Below, piece by piece: positions 6,927-16,878 of a DNA stretch of 64,000 bases. The position numbers and the translations under genes were made by a program. The DNA is from a virus (lineage: Duplodnaviria; Caudoviricetes). Under the pieces are notes generated by a model. That model was not told the origin of the DNA and made no database searches. It saw only the letters and a list, made by a program, of their open reading frames with translations. The number at the start of each line of letters is the position of its first letter. Position 1 is the stretch's first letter. The stretch spans positions 88,148-152,147 of IMG/VR virus record IMGVR_UViG_3300045771_000049; one strand, written 5' to 3'.

Positions 6927-9896
6927 TCACTTGAACGGTTCTGGTTTGGCGTTCTTCGCCGCGTCGGCCGCGATTTGATTGGCCTGGATTTGCAGTTCGA
7001 CCAAAGCGCCGAGCTTGTCTTCAAGGCTTTGCTGCGCCGGGGTGGGAGTTTGACCGGTCGATAAATGGTCCCAGACAGTGTCATCATTCTTTGCCAAATC
7101 GGGATTGGCGGCGCGCACTTGATTGCGGGCGCGAATCTCATCGGCTTCTTTCTTCTGACGGCGCTGGTGCTCGAATTTGGAGATGCGTTTGCCTTCATCA
7201 TGATGCGCAGCGTCGCCAAAATAGACTTCACCGACATCGGCTGATGGGGTGAGGCCAGCGGCCACGACAGGCGTTGGGTCTTCAACCGGCATGGTTGGAG
7301 TGGTCGGCCCAGCCGCTTCGAGAGCCGCCAAGCGATGGGCTTCCTCCGCCATCTTCATATGGCTGATCGAGACTTCGCCGGTCTTCCGATTGACTGATGC
7401 ACCGACCGGCAACTGATCATCACGCAGGGCGCGATAGCGATCTGCTTCTTCGGCATCAGCGTCGAGCTTGGCTTTTTCTTGTGCCACTTGTCGGTCCAGC
7501 GACGACATTGCGTGATCGGGCGGGAGTTGTTGATGCACGCTTCCACCGCGCCCACCCGGCGCATGCTTTTTGGGAGCCACTACTCCAGGTTCTTCGGCGG
7601 GCGCGGTCGCAGCGGGCGGTGTGCCTCCGGGCGGCTTGTTTCGGTCGGCCTGTTTGTTGATTTCCTCAGTGGCTTTTTGCAACGCTTCGGCCGCTTCTTT
7701 TTCATGCAACGCGGCAGCATCTTTTGACTGTTCTTCGTAGCCTCGGCCCAACCCGATTTTACTGAGGGCGTTGTCGATAAACGAGGCGCCCCAAATGTGC
7801 TCATCTCGCCATGTGCCAAACTTGGCGTCAGGATCGAGCTTGTTGCCCAGTGCGTGGATGCCATAGGTCAGCGCCACCCCGGCTGCGATGATCGCCAGAG
7901 GCACCGCCGCAGCAATCGAGGCGAAGCCGACACTTAGTAGTTCCAAAATCGCGGGCATTAAGGCACTGCCGATCATGGTTGCCATCAAGGGTGCGGCGAT
8001 ATCGGCAATCGTCTTGACAGTTTCGTTTTGAGAAACGCTCTCCGGCAACATGTTCAGTGTTTTGTCTTTGAGAAATTCACCTGCGATGATGCTGCCGACA
8101 ATGGTCGCGGTCTGCCCGACTGCGCCCATCGGCTTGCGACCGGGCTTGGACCCGCCGCCGTGCAGATCATCCAGCCGGGGACCGGGTCCGGCGTCCAGGC
8201 CGCCAATCGCCTTTATGACGGCGGTTTTGAACAGAGTGAGGGTGCCGGTCAGCAGTTTTAGGGTTGTCCGAAAAAACACCAGACCGGCGACTACACCAGC
8301 GGTGGCGATCGCCTTGCGGCTCTCATCCCCTTCTTGGTCATCACCGCCGCCGATCCCAAGGAATTTGAGCGCGGCTTGAATTCTATCGCGTACCCATTCC
8401 ACAGCGGTGGCCAATCCGCTTAGTCCGGTTTCCAACTTCGGCCCCAGAACTTCAACAGTATTGAGAAATTTGTTCAAGTCTTCGCCGATCGCGGGCAAGT
8501 TATCGACAAAGCTGTTCAGTAGTTTTTGTGCCATTTCGCCAAGGCGCGCACCAAATGGCACCAACGTGTCGCGAATTTTATTCAGGCTGCTTTCAAACTG
8601 TTCGGCTCTTCTGAGACCATCCGATCCTTCTGGAATCCCAAGGAAACTATGGTAGAAGCCTTGCCGAAATTTACCGAGTGTATCACTCAGGAAATTCGGC
8701 AGCATGGTCATTGCTTTGGTGATGCCTTCCATGCCGCTCTTACGGGCGTCTTCTAATCGTTTGATCATGCCTTCTTTAGTTTCGCCGCGTAAAGCGTTGG
8801 CGAACGCTAGGGCCTGCTTGGCTCCTGCATCGCCAGCATTGGCCAGATTCTGTAGCGTGTTGTATCGTTCAAGAATGCGATCCCGCATTTCCAGTTCGGT
8901 GCTGATTTGATTCGCTTCATCCGCAGCAGTGCGTTCGCCGCCCTGTTTGACGCGATCGACCATGTTATTCATGAGACCCGCGACATTGCCGAGGCCGACA
9001 CTGATGAGGCTCTTTCCCGCCTCACTCCACTGTGCGTTGCCGCCCGCCAGGGTTTCACTGAAGAATTTGGTAAGGTATGGCGCTGCATCTCCGGCCGCCC
9101 CGGCGAACGTCACGACCATCTTGCGATAGATTTCGTTTTGATCGGCGCCCATGGTGCCAAGTCGCCCGGCCGTCATCGGATCACGAATCGCGCCATTCAG
9201 CAATTTCATGATCTCGTCACGACTTTTGCCAGTGGCCTGGGATAGTTCGTTGACATCCTTGATCATCACGCCAGCGGCGTCGGTGCGCTGTTTGTCGGTC
9301 ATCCGGCTCCATTGGCCGCTCTCGCGCAGACTTTCGGCAAAATCACCCGAGGCCGTATTGACCTCATTCAGCGTCATGCCATACATGCCCATGCCAGAAA
9401 GATTGTCCCGCACGCCCTTTTGGAATTTTCCGAACGCTGCAACACCGGCCAGTTGGCTATCGCCCATTTGCGAGATCAAAATGCTGTTGTGGGTGACCTC
9501 TTTGGCAAAGTCCTCCAGCGAAAGACCACTGGCCCCGGCGATCTCCTGCATTTTGAACATGGAGCCGCCGAAATTCACCCCGACCGCTGTCATCTGGCTA
9601 TAGGTGCGACTGGTGCTGCGCAGGTTCTCGATCAAGGCGGTGACCGCACCGCCCAATGCCCCATAGCCCAGCATCCGTGTGAACGAACTGACCACGTCGT
9701 CGGCGCTGCCATGCATGAGGCGCAGCGAACCGGTCAATCTGTTGAGCGTACTATCGAACGCTTCCGAAGCCTTGCTGGCAATCCCTTTGGAGCCTGCACC
9801 ACTGTTGAACGATTGGGTTGGGGATTTGCCAGTCAAATACTGGGTATTCCTGCCAATCATTTCTAAAAGCCGAATTGTGTCCGGATCGTCCGCCAT
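6927..9896 (-). CDS. tape-measure-like protein
   Basis: ~990-aa helical Ala/Gly/Leu-rich protein with hydrophobic segments; next to fibre and chaperone genes; TAAATA at 9926-9921; ATG at 9896 preferred to the ORF-track start at 9920. Confidence 0.7.
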   Translation of the reverse strand: MADDPDTIRLLEMIGRNTQYLTGKSPTQSFNSGAGSKGIASKASEAFDSTLNRLTGSLRLMHGSADDVVSSFTRMLGYGALGGAVTALIENLRSTSRTYSQMTAVGVNFGGSMFKMQEIAGASGLSLEDFAKEVTHNSILISQMGDSQLAGVAAFGKFQKGVRDNLSGMGMYGMTLNEVNTASGDFAESLRESGQWSRMTDKQRTDAAGVMIKDVNELSQATGKSRDEIMKLLNGAIRDPMTAGRLGTMGADQNEIYRKMVVTFAGAAGDAAPYLTKFFSETLAGGNAQWSEAGKSLISVGLGNVAGLMNNMVDRVKQGGERTAADEANQISTELEMRDRILERYNTLQNLANAGDAGAKQALAFANALRGETKEGMIKRLEDARKSGMEGITKAMTMLPNFLSDTLGKFRQGFYHSFLGIPEGSDGLRRAEQFESSLNKIRDTLVPFGARLGEMAQKLLNSFVDNLPAIGEDLNKFLNTVEVLGPKLETGLSGLATAVEWVRDRIQAALKFLGIGGGDDQEGDESRKAIATAGVVAGLVFFRTTLKLLTGTLTLFKTAVIKAIGGLDAGPGPRLDDLHGGGSKPGRKPMGAVGQTATIVGSIIAGEFLKDKTLNMLPESVSQNETVKTIADIAAPLMATMIGSALMPAILELLSVGFASIAAAVPLAIIAAGVALTYGIHALGNKLDPDAKFGTWRDEHIWGASFIDNALSKIGLGRGYEEQSKDAAALHEKEAAEALQKATEEINKQADRNKPPGGTPPAATAPAEEPGVVAPKKHAPGGRGGSVHQQLPPDHAMSSLDRQVAQEKAKLDADAEEADRYRALRDDQLPVGASVNRKTGEVSISHMKMAEEAHRLAALEAAGPTTPTMPVEDPTPVVAAGLTPSADVGEVYFGDAAHHDEGKRISKFEHQRRQKKEADEIRARNQVRAANPDLAKNDDTVWDHLSTGQTPTPAQQSLEDKLGALVELQIQANQIAADAAKNAKPEPFK

Positions 9897-10000
9897 AAAT
9901 TTATCACCTACTACCCTCAATATTTAGAGGGCCATCATTAACTAAGCGGTTTAATTTTAGGTGCTAAATATTTACATCATTATCCCGGAATTTAAACCAC

Positions 10001-10882
10001 ATGCCGAGTCATCCGTCGAAGCGTCCGTTACCTATGCCTGATGAGTTTGAGGAACCCAAGCCCAGCAATCCGCTGGCGCGTTATTTTCGTTTGCCCGGCG
10101 TGCAGGTCCGCCTGCCGACCAATGGTGCCTTCATGCCGCCCGATTCGATCGAATTCACTATGAATAACGAGGTGCCGGTGTATCCGTTACGCGCGGCTGA
10201 TGAGATGCTGTTAAAAACGCCGGACGCGCTGATGAGCGGGTTTGCCATCGAAAGTCTGTTACGCAGTTGTGTGCCTGCGATCACGGCGCCCCAGGAGGTT
10301 AGCACGCCGGATTTGGATGTGCTGCTGATGGCGATCCGGGCGGCCTCGACCGGCGAAACGATCACCTTGCAGCCGGTATGTCCGATGTGTAAAGCGGAAA
10401 ATGAGCTTCATTGGAGCCTTGGGTATACATTCTCGACGATCCAACTGATCGAGCCGGAGAACCCAGTGCGGCTGGCGGATGATGTGGTGGTGTTTCTGCG
10501 CCCGCATAACCTGCGCAACGCCACGCGCATGGGCAATATTTCGTTCGAGGAAGCCCGCAAGGTGCAGGCCGTCGAGGATGCCCCCACAGCGGAGCGATCG
10601 GCGCAGATCAGTGCGAGCATGCGGCGGTTGAGCGATCTCAGCACTGAGACCTTGGCCGACTGTGTGATCAAGGTCGTGGTGCGCGAAGGCACGGTGACCA
10701 GTCGCCCGTCAATCGATGAATTCATCGCCAACATTCCCAACGCTTGGACCCGACAGATGCAGGCCAAACTGGACGAAATGAATAAGAAGGGCATCGACAA
10801 ACACTACCCGGTCACCTGTGCCAATTGCGGGCATGAATGGCAGGGTGAAATTGAGTTCAATCCAGCAACTTTTTTCGTTTGA
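10001..10882 (+). CDS. baseplate hub/tail assembly chaperone (T4 gp26/gp51-like)
   Basis: NPLARYFR..LPT.G..DEMLLKTPDALMSG..DLDVLLMAIRAAS.G; two CxxC pairs; ends NPATFFV. Confidence 0.75.
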   Translation: MPSHPSKRPLPMPDEFEEPKPSNPLARYFRLPGVQVRLPTNGAFMPPDSIEFTMNNEVPVYPLRAADEMLLKTPDALMSGFAIESLLRSCVPAITAPQEVSTPDLDVLLMAIRAASTGETITLQPVCPMCKAENELHWSLGYTFSTIQLIEPENPVRLADDVVVFLRPHNLRNATRMGNISFEEARKVQAVEDAPTAERSAQISASMRRLSDLSTETLADCVIKVVVREGTVTSRPSIDEFIANIPNAWTRQMQAKLDEMNKKGIDKHYPVTCANCGHEWQGEIEFNPATFFV

Positions 10883-10911
10883 GACTCCTCGGTCTGACCG
10901 ACGCCGAGGAG
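10870..10911 (+). other. putative -1 programmed ribosomal frameshift signal
   Basis: Slippery heptamer T TTT TTC (10870-10876), 8-nt spacer, hairpin CTCCTCGG(10885-92)/CCGAGGAG(10904-11); the -1 frame is ORF 10879-11109. Confidence 0.7.
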
Positions 10912-11109
10912 ATCGGGGCCTTCCTGTCGGAGATGAAGCAGGACGCAAAGCAATTGCGCCAACTGATCGTCCGCATATGCTGGCACATGCGCGGCAGCGT
11001 ATCGCGAGAAGAAGGCTGGACGTTATCTCACGAAGAACGCCGCGATATATTGGAACTGATCGACGAAAACCGCGAGACTACCGAAAAGACCGGTCTCCCG
11101 CTGATGTGA
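10879..11109 (+). CDS. frameshift extension of the chaperone (gpT-like)
   Basis: Overlaps the stop of the upstream ORF in the -1 frame; WHMRGSVSREE..LSHEER motif. Confidence 0.7.
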   Translation: MRLLGLTDAEEIGAFLSEMKQDAKQLRQLIVRICWHMRGSVSREEGWTLSHEERRDILELIDENRETTEKTGLPLM

Positions 11110-11137
11110 CGCCGTTGCGCGCCACGATAAATAGAAG

Positions 11138-11836
11138 ATGGATATAACTTTTGACCAACTTCAATTTCATCAACCGATTATTGATCACGCTGATGCTCTC
11201 GATTGGTTGTCTGATCGAGCGCAAGCAAAAGCCTCGGTCATAGTACTCGATCCGCCATATGCCATTGGCTCGCCAGTTCGCGGACGAGAGGATGGCGCGG
11301 CTGGAAGCGTCTCAGGACCGTTTTCGTTTATGTCGCGGGTCATGGCTCTCAGCGTCGCGGCGCTCAAGCCGGGTGGCATCTGCATGATGTTCGCCGATTG
11401 GCGCCGGATGCCTGATATGCTCTACATCGCCACGACTGTCGGGCTGCGCCCCTCAGTGTGCCTTGCGTGGGTGCGGAAGCGGCCTGGGACTGGTGGCATC
11501 TTCCGGTCAGCCTGGGACCCCATCCAAATCTGTGCGCGAGGTGTTCCAGATGCGGTAGATCGAGCAGCCGTGCGAAATGTCGTCGAGACCTTCGACAACG
11601 AAACCGTGATTGAGGCAGATAGCTCGACGCGTCGCAGTCATCCCTACGAAAAGCCGCCACAACTCTTCCGGCATGTTTTTCCGCGCGTTTGCGTGGCTGG
11701 TGATCTGGTGCTCGACCCATTTGCCGGAAGCGGCGTTTCGGGTCGTGTGGCGCAGGAGCTTGATTTGCGCTGGGAAGGCTGTGACATCGATCCTGCTTTC
11801 GCCACACGCACAACCAACTCGGAGCAAATCGCCTAG
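11138..11836 (+). CDS. DNA amino-methyltransferase (beta class)
   Basis: LDPPY, HPYEKP and LDPFAGSG motifs; TAAATA at 11128-11133. Confidence 0.9.
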   Translation: MDITFDQLQFHQPIIDHADALDWLSDRAQAKASVIVLDPPYAIGSPVRGREDGAAGSVSGPFSFMSRVMALSVAALKPGGICMMFADWRRMPDMLYIATTVGLRPSVCLAWVRKRPGTGGIFRSAWDPIQICARGVPDAVDRAAVRNVVETFDNETVIEADSSTRRSHPYEKPPQLFRHVFPRVCVAGDLVLDPFAGSGVSGRVAQELDLRWEGCDIDPAFATRTTNSEQIA

Positions 11837-12364
11837 TTACCGGGCGGCGAATGCGGCGGGGTCGAATTGGATGATCGGCATCTGGGTAGACATCGGGCGA
11901 ACCGCTCCGGTTGGCGCCGGGCGCATCGCCGGGGTCGCGATCAGCGCGTGATAGGTCGGCACCGGCGCCAGGACGATCGTGCTGGCTGGCGCGGACGTAT
12001 CAACGGATGCGTCGGCGATAGCCGCATCCATGCCATCCGGCCTCGGGACCACGTGAAACAGCATCGAAAGGGCAATGGCCCCGGCGTAGATCATCAGGCT
12101 CAGTTTGTGGTCCTCTTTGAACATCGCCCAACCGGCGCAATAGACCACCATAATGAAGAGTGTCGCGGTCGAATACAGACTAACCGCCCAGGAGTCGTGA
12201 CCGAGAAACGGCAAACCGATGAACACGATGATGGTGACATACCACCATTTCAGTGCGGCCGAACCGATCAAGGAGATCAGAATGAAGAGGAATTTAAAGA
12301 GATGTTCACCGACAACACCGACCAGAACGCCGATGATACCGCCCTTGATGATATTAGCATTCAT
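11837..12364 (-). CDS. membrane protein
   Basis: About four hydrophobic helices and an Ala/Pro-rich tail; AAGGAA upstream. Confidence 0.7.
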   Translation of the reverse strand: MNANIIKGGIIGVLVGVVGEHLFKFLFILISLIGSAALKWWYVTIIVFIGLPFLGHDSWAVSLYSTATLFIMVVYCAGWAMFKEDHKLSLMIYAGAIALSMLFHVVPRPDGMDAAIADASVDTSAPASTIVLAPVPTYHALIATPAMRPAPTGAVRPMSTQMPIIQFDPAAFAAR

Positions 12365-12463
12365 GACACATTCCTTTTCGACAGGGTGATAATACCGCGA
12401 AATGCAGGATTGTCAACAGAAAAGTGATCGTGCTATTGTATGCTGGGCCGTATATAGCGCGGT

Positions 12464-12826
12464 ATGGTTTGGTTGCAGTTACCGTTTTTCGACGGACACC
12501 GGCAACGGGTTGAAACGTCTGGTCCCCGACACGACGAAACTGTGTGGACTGAATGGGCAAACCAGCTTTCACCCGGCACATTTCTGGTGTGGCTTGCCGG
12601 ACAAATCTCGGATGATCTGATGGCGCATAAATGTCCAACCGAGTCGGTTGGCGGATTGATTCGCTCGGTTGATGCGGCGATCGGTCCAAGTCAATATCAG
12701 GCCGAACGTTATCTGCATAAACACGCCGGTTGGTTGGTCTTCGCGCCACACATGAAGCGTGTAATCGGCATCTTCCGTCATTTGATTAGATTGAACTTAC
12801 ATTGGTGCGAAGACTTGACGCACTAA
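12464..12826 (+). CDS. hypothetical protein
   Basis: 120-aa ORF in an otherwise unassigned gap. Confidence 0.5.
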   Translation: MVWLQLPFFDGHRQRVETSGPRHDETVWTEWANQLSPGTFLVWLAGQISDDLMAHKCPTESVGGLIRSVDAAIGPSQYQAERYLHKHAGWLVFAPHMKRVIGIFRHLIRLNLHWCEDLTH

Positions 12827-12887
12827 TACCGATCGACTATGCAGACCAAACTTCCAAAGATCGGTTGCACACCCTGGTAGCAAACGT

Positions 12888-13826
12888 TCATGGCGCCGGT
12901 TGCAGTTCTTCTCGGGTATAGTTGTACATCTCGCCGCCTTTCTTCCATTTGACGGAAAACCAGCCGCCCGGCTCGGTCGGTGCCCGAGTAATAATGCCGA
13001 TCATGCCGGGCGGTGGGATAAAATGAACGGGGTAGCGTCCAATCGTAGGATGCGGCTCTTCGTCACCGCGATAGACTCCACGCCAGCCGGTTCCAGCCAA
13101 TCGCCCAGCGGTCATGAAGTCGGCTGGTTTGAGATCATCGACATAAAGCGAATTCGATCCCCGGAAGCGTTGCTTCAGCACCTGGGTATGGGTCACCTTG
13201 GCACCGACTTGCAGTCCGGTCGCTCGCTTCGGGTCCACCACGCGGATCAGACTGGTGTCGTAGATGCAGACCTGATCGCCATCGAGCAGCTTACGGATGC
13301 CTTTGCCGAGAAACCACACGGCATCGGCGCGCGCACTCAGGGTCTTGGTGAGGTTGTTGGTGGCTTCGAGCCAAGCTTTGTAATTGCGGGCGCGGGTGTC
13401 GTCACTGGTCATATTGTAGCCATTGGCGCGCCACCACTTCATCATCGTATTGGGCGCCCCGAAGTTGATCTCTTCGACGTTGGTCGAGGCCAGATAGAAC
13501 GCCCGTCGTCCCTTCGTCGTATTGCCTGCGTAAGCCTTGGCGATCGCTTTGACGGTGGTGAAATAGGCGCCGAACCCCAGGTGATGAACCGGCGCGGCGA
13601 TGCCGGTCTGACCATAGGGTTCGAAACTGTAACCATTGCTGGTACTATTGGTGTCGGATGGGATGGACCGGTCTGTGTCGAAGCCCGTGGCGATGATAGC
13701 GGACAGATCGGTTTGGGTGCCATGATACATCGGACCAAACATTTTTTGATCAACTGCTTCCTGTGGCGAAATCACTTCCACGGCGGCCTCAAACAGCGGG
13801 TTTGGGAAAAGTTCACGAGTGTGCAT
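12888..13826 (-). CDS. ADP-ribosyltransferase-fold protein, putative internal head protein
   Basis: MYHGT ... LGFGAYFTT...AKAYA motifs; N-terminus MHTRELFPNPLFE; TAAATA at 13836-13831. Confidence 0.65.
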   Translation of the reverse strand: MHTRELFPNPLFEAAVEVISPQEAVDQKMFGPMYHGTQTDLSAIIATGFDTDRSIPSDTNSTSNGYSFEPYGQTGIAAPVHHLGFGAYFTTVKAIAKAYAGNTTKGRRAFYLASTNVEEINFGAPNTMMKWWRANGYNMTSDDTRARNYKAWLEATNNLTKTLSARADAVWFLGKGIRKLLDGDQVCIYDTSLIRVVDPKRATGLQVGAKVTHTQVLKQRFRGSNSLYVDDLKPADFMTAGRLAGTGWRGVYRGDEEPHPTIGRYPVHFIPPPGMIGIITRAPTEPGGWFSVKWKKGGEMYNYTREELQPAP

Positions 13827-13953
13827 GGTTTATTTAATCAGAATGGGCTTGACATGGCATGGCTTATATTGTTCCCTGGTTCCGGGCGATGCTCGTATCG
13901 CCTACCTTGAATCAAAACTGCTGAGTGGCATAACACCCCCAACGTAGTGTCAC

Positions 13954-14808
13954 TCAGACTTTTTCTTCCGGCCGATCGCCTTCCCAACCATGCTCAGCCT
14001 GAAATCCGGCAGCGTGATGGTGGCCACCACCGCCATACCGGGCGGCAATTTCCGACACATCGATCCCGACCGAGCGTAAACTGAATACGCGCCCGTCCGC
14101 ACGATCATAATAGGCGGCTGCGAATGGGGCATTCTGAGCCAGTTGATTGGCGCCCTCCGAGGCCATTGTCACAGGCAGATTGGCGACCGGCACATGCATC
14201 CCACCGATCACCATGCTCCGGGTTGTCAGAGTCAGCATCTCCTTCACGTCTTTCTGAAGCTTACGTTCGATGGCCACGCCTTCGGCAATCATTTTGGTTT
14301 TTACGTGCGGCCGTGCGCATTGTCTAGCCAGTCGGTCCCAGGTCTCAAAATCATACTCATAACTGCACATCACAGCCACAATAGCGCGGGTATCCGGTCG
14401 GGTAAACTGCCAGAGATCATAGTCCTGAACATGGAGCAGCAGGTCTGGTACCGGTGCGTCCGGATGGCAATACTGCCACGCTATGACGGCGCCAGACCGG
14501 TTCATATCGAATAGACCGCCAATGCTGCCATCGGCCAGCAACGGCGCCAGATCGGCCTCGGCGGACTTGTGATGGTCCAGAACGGTGACGCTGGCCGCCG
14601 CCTCGATCACTGAGCGCATCACCTCATTCTTGTAGCTAAAATCAACGAACCAAACGTGTTCGTCGGCGACAGTAGGCGGGACGACCCCGTGAATGCCGGG
14701 AAGATATTTGATGCTGTCGCCGTATTTCCGCCAGACCGCCCAGGCGGCGGAAAACCCATCGGCACACGGACTGTGGTAGATGCAAAGCGTCGGAGCATGA
14801 GGAGACAT
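13954..14808 (-). CDS. DHH/DHHA1 phosphoesterase
   Basis: YHxxCADG, VDFS, LDHH, SLRS and GGGGHxxAAG motifs. Confidence 0.9.
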   Translation of the reverse strand: MSPHAPTLCIYHSPCADGFSAAWAVWRKYGDSIKYLPGIHGVVPPTVADEHVWFVDFSYKNEVMRSVIEAAASVTVLDHHKSAEADLAPLLADGSIGGLFDMNRSGAVIAWQYCHPDAPVPDLLLHVQDYDLWQFTRPDTRAIVAVMCSYEYDFETWDRLARQCARPHVKTKMIAEGVAIERKLQKDVKEMLTLTTRSMVIGGMHVPVANLPVTMASEGANQLAQNAPFAAAYYDRADGRVFSLRSVGIDVSEIAARYGGGGHHHAAGFQAEHGWEGDRPEEKV

Positions 14809-14939
14809 GGAAATATAACTTTCAAACTACTAACAACGGGAATTTATCTTTACACGCAGTTCTTGTTTCAAACAGTTGTGCATTGCAGTGTATCTTTAAC
14901 GCTGATATCTTGCTCAGTATAACATTGGAGGTAGCAACT

Positions 14940-15149
14940 ATGCCGTTTGATGGAAATGCAGAAGACTGGTCTGAAGAACCACACCACGAGCCAGTCCGGC
15001 GCTTCGGCCAGTCCCGACTGTGGGGTGGGAGAGTGGTGCTGTATAGTCTGACCATCGCCGTGGTCAGAGCCCTCAGCATCCTTTTCGTTTCTTCTCTGTA
15101 TTTTAGGCAATGGTGCCTGGGTCCGCAGCGTGAAACCGTAACGCTTTAG
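14940..15149 (+). CDS. small hypothetical protein
   Basis: GGAGG ribosome-binding site and TATAAC box upstream of ATG 14940. Confidence 0.45.
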   Translation: MPFDGNAEDWSEEPHHEPVRRFGQSRLWGGRVVLYSLTIAVVRALSILFVSSLYFRQWCLGPQRETVTL

Positions 15150-15213
15150 CAATCTCGAAGTAACATCGCGCATATCGATCATACGGCCGATATGCGCGAT
15201 GTCGTATGCAGGG

Positions 15214-15513
15214 TTATCCTTTTTCCGATGATTGGTGCGGTCGTTGATCGGGATCATTTTCGGCGCACCACTTACACCATTGGGAATGGGTATCAATGGG
15301 GATGCCGTAGACCGGCACCCGAATTGGTCCGAACATATCGCTGCCAACTTCCTTGGAACCGATTTTGATAATCAGCCCAGCCTTCAAGAGCGCCTTAATC
15401 GTGTTTAGTCTCTGCGGCGGGTCCTGTCCAATCGCAATCGCTTCGAAGACTTCTACGGCGCTTTTGGAGCGGCCCGCACAGGGATGTCTGACCGTCCTCC
15501 TTTGACGAACCAT
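15214..15513 (-). CDS. hypothetical protein
   Basis: AAGGAG upstream of ATG; WCxWC near the C-terminus. Confidence 0.6.
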   Translation of the reverse strand: MVRQRRTVRHPCAGRSKSAVEVFEAIAIGQDPPQRLNTIKALLKAGLIIKIGSKEVGSDMFGPIRVPVYGIPIDTHSQWCKWCAENDPDQRPHQSSEKG

Positions 15514-15587
15514 CGTGGTTCTCCTTGGTATTTTGCCATGGTATGCTTACGCAGTTCCTCGGCACCTGACAAGATCAAAATAGGCAG

Positions 15588-15809
15588 TCACGACAGACGC
15601 AAGCGATTGCGCAAGCGCATAATCTCGCGTTGATCCCCCGCCCGTGCCTTCGCCACAGCAAGCGCAATTTCGGCCACCAGGGCTTGCATGTTGCTTTGGT
15701 CCGGCGGGCGCCCGAACCACCAAGATGCGACGTTTTCGGCGATCAACTCATCAGCGGGTGTGGGGACGATATTGACTTCAAGCGGCTTCACTTTGCGCAA
15801 GCGCGGCAT
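15588..15809 (-). CDS. hypothetical protein
   Basis: GAGGAG upstream of ATG. Confidence 0.6.
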   Translation of the reverse strand: MPRLRKVKPLEVNIVPTPADELIAENVASWWFGRPPDQSNMQALVAEIALAVAKARAGDQREIMRLRNRLRLS

Positions 15810-15995
15810 GATAGCTCCTCTGTGCGGACATGGTTCTGTTTCGAATGGGGCGCCTTCGCTAAATCGTAATAGCTGCTGGACGCTCAGGCTTCGGTCTGCT
15901 AACCATCAGCCAGGAGAACAGATTTTGACGGACCATTTAGCGTTGCATGACGATTGGGATGAACCATCCGTCCCCGCTGGCCTACGGGCGCGTCG

Positions 15996-16487
15996 ATGCG
16001 CGACCTGATCAATATCGTCGAGAACGCCGAACGATCATTGCCCCTGGCCATCGGCTGGGATTTCGACAACACCTTGATCGATGCGCCGACTTCGCCCGTG
16101 CTGCACGCGTTCATTGTCGAGCATCCCGAGATACGCCATTGCATCGTCACCTTTCGCACGCATGGCATGCGCGCTGCCATCTGGGAGGATTTGGAACGTT
16201 ATCCCACAGCCCCCGCACCCGGCATGTTCGAGGCTGTGTTCAGCATCTCAGATGAGGCATGGATGGCAAACGAGGTCGCCCTGCACCAGCGCCGCCGTGG
16301 CAAGTTGACCGGCCCCTGGACACCGGCTGAAATGTATTATCGTTCCTGGAAAGCTTTGACCTGCCTGAAGCACGGATTGTCTGTGTTGGTAGATGATGAT
16401 CTCGCGACGTGCCAGGAAGGGTGTGATAAACACGCGATCAAATTGGTGCATCCCGACGCCTTTGTACATCCACACCCATTTGGCTAA
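15996..16487 (+). CDS. HAD-superfamily phosphatase-like protein with capsid-targeting-like N-terminus
   Basis: WDFDNTL motif I, IVTFR motif II, K and LVDDD motif IV; starts MRDLINIVE. Confidence 0.7.
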   Translation: MRDLINIVENAERSLPLAIGWDFDNTLIDAPTSPVLHAFIVEHPEIRHCIVTFRTHGMRAAIWEDLERYPTAPAPGMFEAVFSISDEAWMANEVALHQRRRGKLTGPWTPAEMYYRSWKALTCLKHGLSVLVDDDLATCQEGCDKHAIKLVHPDAFVHPHPFG

Positions 16488-16877
16488 TCAGTGTACTTTC
16501 TGCCGTAGGTATTGCTCCCAGGTATGAAAGTCGTCCCAAAACTCGGCCATGCTGTGTTCGCGCAGAATGATCGGATGGCCCTGCTGGCGCGCTTGACAAG
16601 CCTTTATCAATTCGAGCGATTCGGGCATCAGCCGGGCGAAATCAACTTTACGTCTCGCCAACGCTTCGCCCACCCAAACCAGAAACCGGCAGGCTTCTGG
16701 AATGTCGAACAATTCAAGATCAGTATCGTCGTAGCCGCCCACATAGAGCGCGATGCCCAAGTTGGGTCCGCTATTTTCCAGCAAGACCGCGACTTCGCGC
16801 GCGCTGCGCTCAGCCTGCGCTCGATCCAGGCGGCCTTTCCGTCCCAGCACATGCTGATGCAGAATGAATTTTTTCAT
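16488..16877 (-). CDS. hypothetical protein
   Basis: Likely start MKKFIL after GAGGG; GYDD..LFDIPE motif. Confidence 0.6.
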   Translation of the reverse strand: MKKFILHQHVLGRKGRLDRAQAERSAREVAVLLENSGPNLGIALYVGGYDDTDLELFDIPEACRFLVWVGEALARRKVDFARLMPESLELIKACQARQQGHPIILREHSMAEFWDDFHTWEQYLRQKVH

Positions 16878-16878
16878 G

